Virus record (IMG/VR): IMGVR_UViG_3300017989_000126
Location: 1 to 60,652 of that record
Direction: 5' to 3' (one strand)
Source of the DNA: a virus
Lineage: Duplodnaviria > Caudoviricetes
Length of the DNA stretch: 60,652 nucleotides
Shown here: piece after piece, positions 9,644 through 18,441 of the stretch
Position numbering within the stretch: position 1 is the stretch's first letter
Layout of the letters: each line of letters opens with the position of its first letter
Program-made: the position numbers and the translations under genes
The notes under the pieces: model-generated
What the model saw: only the letters and a program-made list of their open reading frames with translations
What the model was told of the DNA's origin: nothing
The model's database searches: none

Positions 9644-10780
9644 ATGAAATATTTGTTAGCATCATTAATGCTGATGTCTTCATCAGCATTTGCTCAAACA
9701 GATTTTCAATCTTTAGTAAGCATTCGTGAAAGTTACGAAATCGTTCAAAGCATGGGCGAACGTGATTTGATGGATGAAGCTGATTGTACAAGCTTGAAAC
9801 AAGAGCTTATGCAAAAGGCTCAAAAGATTGATCCCGAAATAAAAAGCTTTGAAGACCTTCGATGGGAAACACAAGGTTTCTCTGAAAGGGTTGGTGGGTT
9901 TTTTACCTTCACCAACATTCTATTGGTTACAGCCTGTTTAATGTTCACCCTTGCGGTAATATGGTTGTTTGGGCTTTATATGCTAACCATTTTACTCGCT
10001 GTTCCAATCGGAGTTTATGAATTTGGATGTTATGCCATTTGTGGCTGGGCAATATTGGCTGGTACTCAGGTATCTCCTAGCTTCACTATGGCAACTGTGT
10101 TACCCGGCTGTCTTGGCTTGATTGGATGTTTAAGTTTCAGCCATAAACGTCACGTCGATGAAAGTGCCAGAAACTTCAAAGAAGAAAAATACATTTCGAT
10201 ATATTCTTCTATCCTCTTCTTTGTATGGGGTGCTGTTGCGATTTATTACGATAGTTCAATTATTGGGTTCATGTCAGTAGGTGCTTTCATGACCGCTGTT
10301 GGATTTATCTGCGGTATGGTGCCGGGTGTTGTGTATGTCGGATTTGAAAATGATGAAGTTGTGCCACAAGGGACACTTGCTGCCTTTTTTGTCCTTTTGG
10401 CACATGTTGTTTTATCAATCACAAACACAACAATAAATCAACTTGAACCATTTAGAACAGGCATGGAATTTCTCGGAACATTCGTTTATTTTCTGGGAAT
10501 ACTGATCATGGCTTCTAAGTATTGGTCCAAAAAACTTTATCCAATTTACAATCTCCTTGCCATCGTTTCTGGCTGTGCTGCTTTGTATCTCGGCAGCGTT
10601 TATGGAATGGGCATGTTACTTGGAGTTGGCGGTACATTCTTTTATCTGTACCTGCTTGAAAAATATTACGAAATCCCTTGGGAAGGTAAAGGTTGGGCTT
10701 GGTCTTTGCTAGGGCTGTCAATTATCCTCTACGGCATGTACGCTTTTTCCATTAAGCACCCGGAATATTTTCTGTGGTAA
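9644..10780 (+). CDS. Multi-pass membrane protein with signal peptide
   Basis: Signal peptide (SSSAFA) and roughly 10 hydrophobic segments. Confidence 0.75.
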   Translation: MKYLLASLMLMSSSAFAQTDFQSLVSIRESYEIVQSMGERDLMDEADCTSLKQELMQKAQKIDPEIKSFEDLRWETQGFSERVGGFFTFTNILLVTACLMFTLAVIWLFGLYMLTILLAVPIGVYEFGCYAICGWAILAGTQVSPSFTMATVLPGCLGLIGCLSFSHKRHVDESARNFKEEKYISIYSSILFFVWGAVAIYYDSSIIGFMSVGAFMTAVGFICGMVPGVVYVGFENDEVVPQGTLAAFFVLLAHVVLSITNTTINQLEPFRTGMEFLGTFVYFLGILIMASKYWSKKLYPIYNLLAIVSGCAALYLGSVYGMGMLLGVGGTFFYLYLLEKYYEIPWEGKGWAWSLLGLSIILYGMYAFSIKHPEYFLW

Positions 10781-10792
10781 AATCTTGATCTG

Positions 10793-10831
10793 CTTTACAG
10801 ATTGAGTAATCTGCCGTAGAATGTTTGTGTA
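10793..10831 (+). promoter_or_regulatory. Sigma70-type promoter for the NAD operon
   Basis: TTTACA (10794-99), 17 bp spacer, TAGAAT (10817-22); near-copy at 18382. Confidence 0.7.
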
Positions 10832-10877
10832 AAAAGCTGATTTTGAATCCGCCAGAACAATTTTTGGAGATCGAACA

Positions 10878-11741
10878 ATGAAACGTGTGGACCTGATCGT
10901 TATTGACGGTCAAAATGACTTCCTTGACCCAAAAGGTGCCCTTTATGTGCAGGATGCCGACAAGGAAGCAGAAAAGCTGGCGGCGATGATCGACCGTTTG
11001 GGCAACAAAATCTACAAGATTCACGCCACGCTGGACAGTCACTATCCAGTTGATATTGCTCATCCAGTCATGTGGATTGATTCACACGGAAACAATCCTG
11101 ATCCTTTCACTATCATCACAGCCGATGATGTTCGAAATGGAAAATGGCGTTGTACTCTGTTGGGTAACATTCCAGACCCAGTTACAGGTGAAACAATCAG
11201 CTATCAACAGCGTTGCCTGAACTACGTGGAAGAACTGGAAAAGAATGCACGATATCCACTGTGCATTTGGCCTCCGCACTGTCTGATTGGTTCATGGGGA
11301 CACAACGTGTATCCACCTCTTTTCGAGGCATACACACGTTGGATCGAAAAGAGTCGATCACCATGGGTTGACTACGTTGTCAAAGGCGACAACGTGTGGA
11401 CCGAACATTATTCTGCTATCAAAGCAGATGTACCTGATCCTTCTGATCCAAGAACGCAGCTTAATGCTGACCTGTTGAACACAATCAACAAAGCAGACAT
11501 TGTTCTTTGGTCTGGTTGGGCTGGATCGCACTGTCTCGCCAATACTGGCAATGATGTTGAATCATTCCCGGCTGGTGATGAAATCTACAAGAAGTCAATT
11601 CTTCTTGAAGACCTGAGTGCTCCGGTGACTTCCCCTATTACGGATGTGAATGACATGTTCGCTCAGTTGCGAACTGACTTCATCGACAACATGCGGAATA
11701 AGGGAATGCAGATCATGAACAGCACTGATGTTCTCACATAA
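10878..11741 (+). CDS. pncA: Nicotinamidase (isochorismatase family)
   Basis: IDGQNDF, D-x-H, WPPHC, VKG, SHC catalytic motifs; NAD gene context. Confidence 0.85.
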   Translation: MKRVDLIVIDGQNDFLDPKGALYVQDADKEAEKLAAMIDRLGNKIYKIHATLDSHYPVDIAHPVMWIDSHGNNPDPFTIITADDVRNGKWRCTLLGNIPDPVTGETISYQQRCLNYVEELEKNARYPLCIWPPHCLIGSWGHNVYPPLFEAYTRWIEKSRSPWVDYVVKGDNVWTEHYSAIKADVPDPSDPRTQLNADLLNTINKADIVLWSGWAGSHCLANTGNDVESFPAGDEIYKKSILLEDLSAPVTSPITDVNDMFAQLRTDFIDNMRNKGMQIMNSTDVLT

Positions 11742-11785
11742 CATCAGTCTTTCATTCACACACTTCACAATTTTGGAGAAAAGAT

Positions 11786-12535
11786 ATGAGCAGCAAAGAT
11801 TTAAGTCAGGGACTCACTGACTTCGAAGTACCGGGTGCAAATTTTGGTTTTACCGGTGCGAACATTGATGATCTTGCATCAATGGAACAGACTCTTTACG
11901 GTCTGGTTGTGGATGAAAGTGGCTCAACAATGCCATTTCGACCAGAAATGTCTAAGGCCACAGTGGCAATTGTCGATTCTCTGAGAGAGAGCCCACGGGC
12001 AGACAATCTCATGTATCGAATGACCCACTTTTCTAATGGGGTTCGTGAAATTCACGGTTTCAAAGAACTTCAGAATTGTCATCCCGGCGATTATGACGAT
12101 CTGTTTGAACAGACAGGTCAGACTGATCTTTATGATGCAACACTTGAAATGTCAGAAGCTATTCGCATCTATGGCGAAAAGCTTGCCGAACAGAGCTATA
12201 TGGCCAATGGCATTCTTGTGGTGATCACCGATGGTTGTGATTTTCCCGGCTCTACTCACGGCATGGGTGATGTCAAACGATCTTTTGAGCAGGTTATTCA
12301 GGGTGAAATTCTTGAATCCATGAACACCATTTTGCTCGGAGTCAATATTCATGAGGCTCATGTAAAGCAGAAGCTTGAAGAGTTTCATCGAGAAGCTGGC
12401 TTCACTCAGTTTGAATGTGTCGAAGACGCTTCAAAATCAACAATGGCCAAACTGGCACAGTTTGTTTCTGACAGCGTCAGTTCTCAGTCGCAGGCTTTGG
12501 GAACTGGGGGAGCTTCACAAAGTCTTACGTTCTAG
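11786..12535 (+). CDS. vWA domain protein (TerY-like)
   Basis: MIDAS DESGS, TxLYDA, ITDG. Confidence 0.8.
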   Translation: MSSKDLSQGLTDFEVPGANFGFTGANIDDLASMEQTLYGLVVDESGSTMPFRPEMSKATVAIVDSLRESPRADNLMYRMTHFSNGVREIHGFKELQNCHPGDYDDLFEQTGQTDLYDATLEMSEAIRIYGEKLAEQSYMANGILVVITDGCDFPGSTHGMGDVKRSFEQVIQGEILESMNTILLGVNIHEAHVKQKLEEFHREAGFTQFECVEDASKSTMAKLAQFVSDSVSSQSQALGTGGASQSLTF

Positions 12536-12661
12536 GAGAGTACCAACTGGGCAAGGCATTGCTTGGTTGCAGGATGAATACACGTGGAAGTTACAGTCTT
12601 CTGAATGGACTGGGTCTTAGCGGACCATGCAGGGTTCAAATCCCTGCCATCCGAAATCTCC
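12535..12661 (+). ncRNA. tRNA-like structured RNA (non-canonical)
   Basis: T-arm GCAGGG-TTCAAAT-CCCTGC; variable-arm-like GGTC..GACC; anticodon-arm-like CAGTC..GACTG; GGATG/CATCC stem; extra 5' hairpin; outer GGAGA/TCTCC stem. Confidence 0.6.
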
Positions 12662-12664
12662 TTT

Positions 12665-12702
12665 AACACACCGGGGCACCTCCCCCGGTGTGTTGTTTTT
12701 TC
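12665..12702 (+). terminator. Intrinsic terminator
   Basis: ACACACCGGGG..CCCCGGTGTGT followed by a T-run. Confidence 0.8.
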
Positions 12703-12714
12703 AGGAAAAGTGCT

Positions 12715-12762
12715 ATGAACAATCTCATCTCCAGATCGCTTTTCGACAACGACCTGTATAAG
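12715..12762 (+). pseudogene. Orphan 5' end of pncB
   Basis: MNNLISRSLFDNDLYK, compared with RSILDSDLYK at the start of intact pncB. Confidence 0.7.
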
Positions 12763-12800
12763 AATGACAAAAACTTATACAAAACAAACTACTATAGTGT

Positions 12801-13481
12801 ATGGAACATTTCATCTATGCACTAAAACAACAAGGTAGCGAATTGCCTTTCTATATTGGAAAATCAAACAATCCAAAGAAGCGGAAAAAACGCCATCTTT
12901 ATGATGCAAAGAACTTGATGCTGAATTACCCAGTTCATAACAAATTGAGAAAGCTGTTAAGAGACGGACTTGGAATTGATCTTGAAATTCTGGAATCGAA
13001 GCTAACCGAAGATGAAGTTGATGATAGGGAGGTTTATTGGATTTCTTTTTATCGTACCAAAACCAAATTGTGTAATTTAGCCAATGGTGGAGAAGGCGGC
13101 AAAGGGTTGACCGAAGAGACAATTGAAAAAATAAAGAAAGCCAACATTGGACAAAAACGATCTGAAGAAACTCGAAAACGAATAAGTGATTCCCGTAAAG
13201 GGATTGTATTTTCAAAAGAACACAAACAGAATCTTTCAAAAGCACGGAAGAAAAGAATTGTAACTGAAGAAACTCGTCGGAAAACAAGTGAAACCTCTAC
13301 TGGTTCGATTAACATCAAGAAATATAAACTTACTGATCCAAACGGTGGGATTCACTTCACTGACAGAGGGTTGTCAGATTTTTGTCGCAAGAACAATTTA
13401 ACACCAGCTAATTTGTCAAAAGTTCTAAAGGGCGAACGCACACACCATAAAGGTTGGAGGATTGAATATGTCGAACCATGA
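12801..13481 (+). CDS. GIY-YIG homing endonuclease with NUMOD3 repeats
   Basis: FIYAL..FYIGKS, R/E/N catalytic pattern, NLANGGEG, SEETRKRIS repeats. Confidence 0.9.
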   Translation: MEHFIYALKQQGSELPFYIGKSNNPKKRKKRHLYDAKNLMLNYPVHNKLRKLLRDGLGIDLEILESKLTEDEVDDREVYWISFYRTKTKLCNLANGGEGGKGLTEETIEKIKKANIGQKRSEETRKRISDSRKGIVFSKEHKQNLSKARKKRIVTEETRRKTSETSTGSINIKKYKLTDPNGGIHFTDRGLSDFCRKNNLTPANLSKVLKGERTHHKGWRIEYVEP

Positions 13482-14646
13482 CCCCGCTGTTCGATCAATA
13501 TTAGATTCGGACTTATACAAATTTACAATGATGGCAGCAGTCTTGAAGCACTACGAAAACACACCGGTTCAGTATCGATTTAGCAATCGTCGGAAAGAAG
13601 GTAAATTCAATAATGCTTTTGTTTATGAATTTGAATCTGAAATTGATCGTCTTTGTGGATTAAAAGTAGAAGATAAAGAACTAGATTGGTTTTCTAAAAC
13701 CTGTCCTTTTCTCACGGATCAGTATTTCGAATTTCTGCGAAACTACCGTTTTAACAAAAATGAACTTAGATGGTCAGTTGAAGATGGTGAATTAAACCTG
13801 TCTGTCAATAGCTCATGGGAACTAGGTATTTTGTGGGAAGTACCTCTTATGAGCATAATTTCAGAATGCTTCTTTCGTACATGTGACACTGAATGGGAGT
13901 TTAATGTTCTTGAGCAAGAAAAAAGAATTCGAGACAAAGCTAAAATTCTAACCGATGTTACATTTGCAGACTTCGGCACTCGACGCCGAAGGTCTTATGA
14001 TGTTCAAGATTTGGTTGTAAAAACACTTGTGAATTGTGCTCCAAATTTTGTAGGCACAAGCAACGTCTCACTCGCCATGAAGCACAACACCAAGCCAATT
14101 GGAACTTTAGCACATGAGTGGATCATGGCGACCAGCGTTCTCATGGGACTTCGCCACGCCAACAAGTTTGCACTGGATGCTTGGAGTGAAGTATTCAACG
14201 GCGATTTGGGAATTGCATTAACGGACACTTATGGAAGCAAAGCTTTCTTCGAGGATTTTGACGGATATCTGGCTCGATTGTTTGATGGAGTTCGTCATGA
14301 TAGCGGCGATCCTTTTGAATTTGCCAGAAAAGCGATCACTCACTACAAGTCACTGGGAATCAATCCCATGTCAAAAACCATCGTGTTTAGCGACGGTTTG
14401 ACAGCCAAACTTGCTGCGGAAATCAACGAAAGATTCAAAGATGTCATCCGATGCTCTTTCGGCATCGGAACTCACTTCACGAATGATTTCCATAACAGCA
14501 AGGCTCTGAACATGGTCATCAAACTTTGGTCTTGTGAAGGGGTTCCACTGGTGAAGTTGGGAGATGACGAAGGGAAAGCCATTGGCGATCCTGATGCCGT
14601 TCGAGTTGCTCGATGGGTGTTCAACGACAAACCACTGGACAATTAA
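13468..14646 (+). CDS. pncB: Nicotinate phosphoribosyltransferase
   Basis: DLYKFTM, DFGTRRR, GTSN, GTLAHEW, LTDTY, RHDSGDP, FSDGL, FGIGT. Confidence 0.95.
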   Translation: MSNHDPAVRSILDSDLYKFTMMAAVLKHYENTPVQYRFSNRRKEGKFNNAFVYEFESEIDRLCGLKVEDKELDWFSKTCPFLTDQYFEFLRNYRFNKNELRWSVEDGELNLSVNSSWELGILWEVPLMSIISECFFRTCDTEWEFNVLEQEKRIRDKAKILTDVTFADFGTRRRRSYDVQDLVVKTLVNCAPNFVGTSNVSLAMKHNTKPIGTLAHEWIMATSVLMGLRHANKFALDAWSEVFNGDLGIALTDTYGSKAFFEDFDGYLARLFDGVRHDSGDPFEFARKAITHYKSLGINPMSKTIVFSDGLTAKLAAEINERFKDVIRCSFGIGTHFTNDFHNSKALNMVIKLWSCEGVPLVKLGDDEGKAIGDPDAVRVARWVFNDKPLDN

Positions 14647-14647
14647 A

Positions 14648-14977
14648 ATGGAACAACTTCTCTGTCACTTGCTTGGAGACTATCTCCTGCAAACATCATG
14701 GATGGCTTTGAACAAAAGCAAGCGATGGTGGCCTGCAATTGTTCATGTGTCAATTTACACAAGCGTGTTCCTGTTGTTGACAACAAGCATCCCGGCATTG
14801 CTTGTCATTGGCGGAACACACCTGCTGATTGATCACTATCAGTTTCCCAAGATTTGGTTCAATGCAGTTCGTGGAAAAGAGGATTCCCCGGAATGGTTTC
14901 TGATGTGGCTTTACGTCATTCAGGACAACTCTTGGCATCTGATCATTAACTTCTTGGCGTTGAGGTATCTGACATGA
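14648..14977 (+). CDS. DUF3307-like membrane protein
   Basis: HLLGDYLLQT, HxxIY, THxxID, DNSWH motifs. Confidence 0.75.
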   Translation: MEQLLCHLLGDYLLQTSWMALNKSKRWWPAIVHVSIYTSVFLLLTTSIPALLVIGGTHLLIDHYQFPKIWFNAVRGKEDSPEWFLMWLYVIQDNSWHLIINFLALRYLT

Positions 14978-16950
14978 ACAAATATGGATTTGTAAGAGTT
15001 ACTGCTGTTTCACCTCGGGTTTACATTGGCAATCCAGAACAAAACCTCTTCGAAGCACATGGTGAACTTGCTCGTTCAGACGATTCAGATATTATTTTGT
15101 TTCCTGAACTCAGCATGACAGGATACACTTGCGGTGATTTGTTTGGTCAGGAAAGTTTGACTAACAATGCGTTGAAAGAAACGGTTAGGTTAGCTGATGG
15201 TGTTGGCAACCAGTTGGTTGTTGTTGGATTACCATTTGTGTTTGAATCTAATCTCTACAACTGTGCTGCTGTCTTGAACAATGGTCGCATCGTGGGGATT
15301 GTCCCCAAGCAATATTTGCCCACCTACAAAGAGTTTTACGAAAAGAGGTGGTTTCAGGCTGGTGAAGGTCTACCAAACACAGAAGTTGAAATTGAAGGTC
15401 GTGCTGTTCTTTTTGGGCCGAATCTCCTATTCAGCTACGAAGGAGTCAAAGTTGGCATTGAAATTTGTGAAGATGTCTGGATGCCCATTCCACCTAGTTG
15501 TTATCACACTATTGCTGGTGCAAACGTCATCCTCAATCTCTCTGCCAGCAATGAGACCGTTGGAAAATCTGATTACCGCACAGATTTGGTGAAAAATCAG
15601 TCTGGTCGCTGCGTGTGTGCTTATGCATACGCCAGTTCCGGGCCAATGGAATCCACCTCTGATCTTGTGTTTGGTGGACATTCTCTAATCGCTGAAAACA
15701 GTCATATTCTGGCTGAGTCACCTCGTGTGGGCAAAGGTAATCACAGTGCATCTGTGATTACAGCAGATGTTGACTATGAAAAACTGAATCATGAGAGACG
15801 CTCATCTACGTCTTTCGGTGACTCTGCATCATGTGTCACTAATCACGACACAATTCCCATTGAACTCGTAAATCGTCCTGAAGTTGTTACTCCGATCAAA
15901 CGAGTGATTGCCAAACATCCATTTGTCCCAAGTGACAAAGAGCGGTTGCGGGATCGTTGTGAGGACATCTTCGGCATTCAGACAATGGGTCTGGTGGGTC
16001 GATTGGCCAACATCAGAGGTCCAATCAATATTGGAATCTCTGGTGGTCTCGACTCAACGTTGGCATTGCTGGTTGCCATCAAAGCCTGTGATCACTTCAG
16101 GTTTGATCACAGGCGAATTCAAGGCATCACCATGCCCGGATTCGGAACCACCAAGAAGACCAAGAAGAATGCCAAGAAACTGATGAAGGGTCTGGGGATT
16201 ACTCAGAAAGAAATAGACATCAGGCCGATGGCCCTTCAGGTGTTCAATGACATGGAACACACTCCATTTGGCATCGGCAGCACACCTTTGACTTTAGAAG
16301 ACCTTCAAGGTGGGCTTGAAAGTCTTGAACCGGGTGCTCAGGACTTGGTATTTGAAAATGTGCAGGCACGTGTCAGAACCCTGACGCTGATGTCTCATGG
16401 GTTTGTTCTGGGAACCGGTGATCTCTCCGAGCTTGCTCTGGGCTGGTGCACCTACAACGGTGACCACATGAGCATGTATAACGTCAACTGTTCGATCCCA
16501 AAGACTCTGGTCAAGTTCTTGGTGGAGTATGTTGCCAACAATGATCCTGCCTTCAAAAAGGTCAAAGATACGTTGTTGGATATTGTGGACACTGAAATCT
16601 CTCCAGAACTTTTGCCACCCGGCAAAGACGGAGAGATCGCACAGTCCACAGAAGACAAACTTGGGCCTTACGAACTGCACGACTTCTTCCTGAGTCACTT
16701 CATTCGCAATGGTTCAAGCCCTCAGAAGATTCTTCTTTTGGCTTGTCAGGCATTTGAAAGTGATTACGAGCCTGACTTCATCAAAGTAACTCTCATCACT
16801 TTTTTGAAGAGATTCTTTGCAAATCAGTTCAAAAGAAATTGTGTGCCAGATGGCCCAAAAGTTGGATCAGTGAGTCTTTCGCCTCGTGGCGATTGGCGAA
16901 TGCCTTCTGACGCTGATGTCAGCATGTGGATTAAGGAACTTGAAGAATGA
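14974..16950 (+). CDS. nadE: Glutamine-dependent NAD+ synthetase
   Basis: Nitrilase triad FPEL/EKRWF/EICED; SGGLDST; ENVQARVR; GDLSELALGW; SLSPRGDWRMPSD. Confidence 0.97.
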   Translation: MNKYGFVRVTAVSPRVYIGNPEQNLFEAHGELARSDDSDIILFPELSMTGYTCGDLFGQESLTNNALKETVRLADGVGNQLVVVGLPFVFESNLYNCAAVLNNGRIVGIVPKQYLPTYKEFYEKRWFQAGEGLPNTEVEIEGRAVLFGPNLLFSYEGVKVGIEICEDVWMPIPPSCYHTIAGANVILNLSASNETVGKSDYRTDLVKNQSGRCVCAYAYASSGPMESTSDLVFGGHSLIAENSHILAESPRVGKGNHSASVITADVDYEKLNHERRSSTSFGDSASCVTNHDTIPIELVNRPEVVTPIKRVIAKHPFVPSDKERLRDRCEDIFGIQTMGLVGRLANIRGPINIGISGGLDSTLALLVAIKACDHFRFDHRRIQGITMPGFGTTKKTKKNAKKLMKGLGITQKEIDIRPMALQVFNDMEHTPFGIGSTPLTLEDLQGGLESLEPGAQDLVFENVQARVRTLTLMSHGFVLGTGDLSELALGWCTYNGDHMSMYNVNCSIPKTLVKFLVEYVANNDPAFKKVKDTLLDIVDTEISPELLPPGKDGEIAQSTEDKLGPYELHDFFLSHFIRNGSSPQKILLLACQAFESDYEPDFIKVTLITFLKRFFANQFKRNCVPDGPKVGSVSLSPRGDWRMPSDADVSMWIKELEE

Positions 16951-17804
16951 ATACAGGATCGTTTTTTACCATTGGTAGCACTCACGTTGTTTGTGAAGAC
17001 TATGCCTTACATGGGGTCGCAGAAGATCCTTATGTGATTCTTTCTGATGGCTGCTCTAACGGAGGTGTGCGAATTGATACAGACTTTGGCTCTCGGCTAC
17101 TTTGCAAATCAGCCGAGAATCATTTGTCAATATTGCCATACAATTCATTTGGATTTAAAGAACGTGTCATTAGCACAACGGTGACACAAGTGCAAACTTA
17201 TTTCAACATGGATCTTGCATGCCTTACTGCTACTTTGCTGTTGGCTAGAAAATATGATGACTTCATTTACACCATGTTAATTGGAGATGGATATATTGGG
17301 GGAAAACGACGTGATGGACGATGGATGCTTTATGAAATAGAATATGAAAAAGGAGCACCTTATTACCTTAAATACAGTTGGAATCCCAAAGACAAAGAGG
17401 CTTATTTTAATCGATTTGGAAGCATTGGAACACTTAGAACCTTTTCTTGGAGAGAAGGTGGAGATATTGAAACATCCAGTATGGAATTTGATCTGAAAGA
17501 CGATCATCCAGAGCATTTTGAATTCGATTTTAAAATTGATGAATATGAATTTGTATTCATTGCTTCTGATGGATTGAGTCGTTTTTATCATCAGGCAACT
17601 ACGCCAGATAAATCAATGATTCCCATTCCGATAACAACCGTTGTGCCTATTTTGTATGGATTCAAAGGATATCAAACGTCATTTGTCGAAAGGCAAATGC
17701 ATTGGGTCATGAACACCAAAAAGCCAAGATCACTTTCTAAAACACTGGGCGTTGATGTAAAGTGTTCAGATGATTTCAGCACCGGAGTAATTCACTGTGG
17801 CTAA
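16947..17804 (+). CDS. PP2C-like protein phosphatase (TerY-P type)
   Basis: G-x-x-H..CED, LSDGCS, IGDG, ASDG, DD motifs. Confidence 0.8.
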   Translation: MNTGSFFTIGSTHVVCEDYALHGVAEDPYVILSDGCSNGGVRIDTDFGSRLLCKSAENHLSILPYNSFGFKERVISTTVTQVQTYFNMDLACLTATLLLARKYDDFIYTMLIGDGYIGGKRRDGRWMLYEIEYEKGAPYYLKYSWNPKDKEAYFNRFGSIGTLRTFSWREGGDIETSSMEFDLKDDHPEHFEFDFKIDEYEFVFIASDGLSRFYHQATTPDKSMIPIPITTVVPILYGFKGYQTSFVERQMHWVMNTKKPRSLSKTLGVDVKCSDDFSTGVIHCG

Positions 17805-18408
17805 ATTTGCGATTTTTGGAGGATCTTTTGATCCTCCCACATATGCACATAAAATGGCTGGAGAACTTGTCTATGCTGAAACAGACATAGATCAATTCTG
17901 GTACATGCCTTGTTGCAGCCACAAATTCAATAAAGACTCTGAAGATTCTTGTCATCGATTAACCATGGTAGAAAGAATGGTTTATCAGATAAACGAGAAC
18001 TACCAAGGATTTCCTTTTCGTGAATGCACTTACGAAATCGACAACAAAACCAAAGGCCATCTAATTGAAACGATGGAAGCTTTAGAAAAAGAAAATCCAA
18101 AAGATGAATTTGTGATCGTTGTGGGTTCAGATTGTGCCAATGATATCAAGAAAAAATGGCATCGTGGCAAGGAACTTATCGAACGATATCCATTCATTGT
18201 GTTGAAAAGAAGTGGATACGAATTGTTAGCTTCTTGGCCATACGAAAAACCAAATCAGGTTTTGGAATTTGGTGTAAGCTATAGCTCAACAACGCTTCGT
18301 AAAGCTTTATCAGAAGGCGATTTTGAGCACGCTCAACGAAGACTCTATCCTGCAATTTTCAATTACATTAAGAAGAACAAACTTTACAGTCAGGAAAACC
18401 AGACGTAA
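17797..18408 (+). CDS. nadD: Nicotinate-nucleotide adenylyltransferase
   Basis: FGGSFDPPTYAH, VGSD, W, SSTTLR. Confidence 0.9.
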   Translation: MAKFAIFGGSFDPPTYAHKMAGELVYAETDIDQFWYMPCCSHKFNKDSEDSCHRLTMVERMVYQINENYQGFPFRECTYEIDNKTKGHLIETMEALEKENPKDEFVIVVGSDCANDIKKKWHRGKELIERYPFIVLKRSGYELLASWPYEKPNQVLEFGVSYSSTTLRKALSEGDFEHAQRRLYPAIFNYIKKNKLYSQENQT

Positions 18409-18420
18409 AATGTTTGTGTA
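18382..18420 (+). promoter_or_regulatory. Sigma70-type promoter for kinase-SPFH genes
   Basis: TTTACA (18383-88), 17 bp spacer, TAAAAT (18406-11), followed by GTTTGTGTA as at 10823. Confidence 0.7.
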
Positions 18421-18441
18421 CACTTTTACGGGAATACATTC

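Noticed and set aside
12571-12654. Canonical tRNA-Ser, tRNA-Gln or tRNA-Sec
   Set aside because: Acceptor stem is only 5 bp, there is no D stem, the anticodon loop is irregular and there is no UCA anticodon. Kept as tRNA-like only.
12763-13467. Group I intron around the GIY-YIG gene in pncB
   Set aside because: No room or motifs for a ribozyme core, and downstream pncB has its own RBS and full N-terminus.
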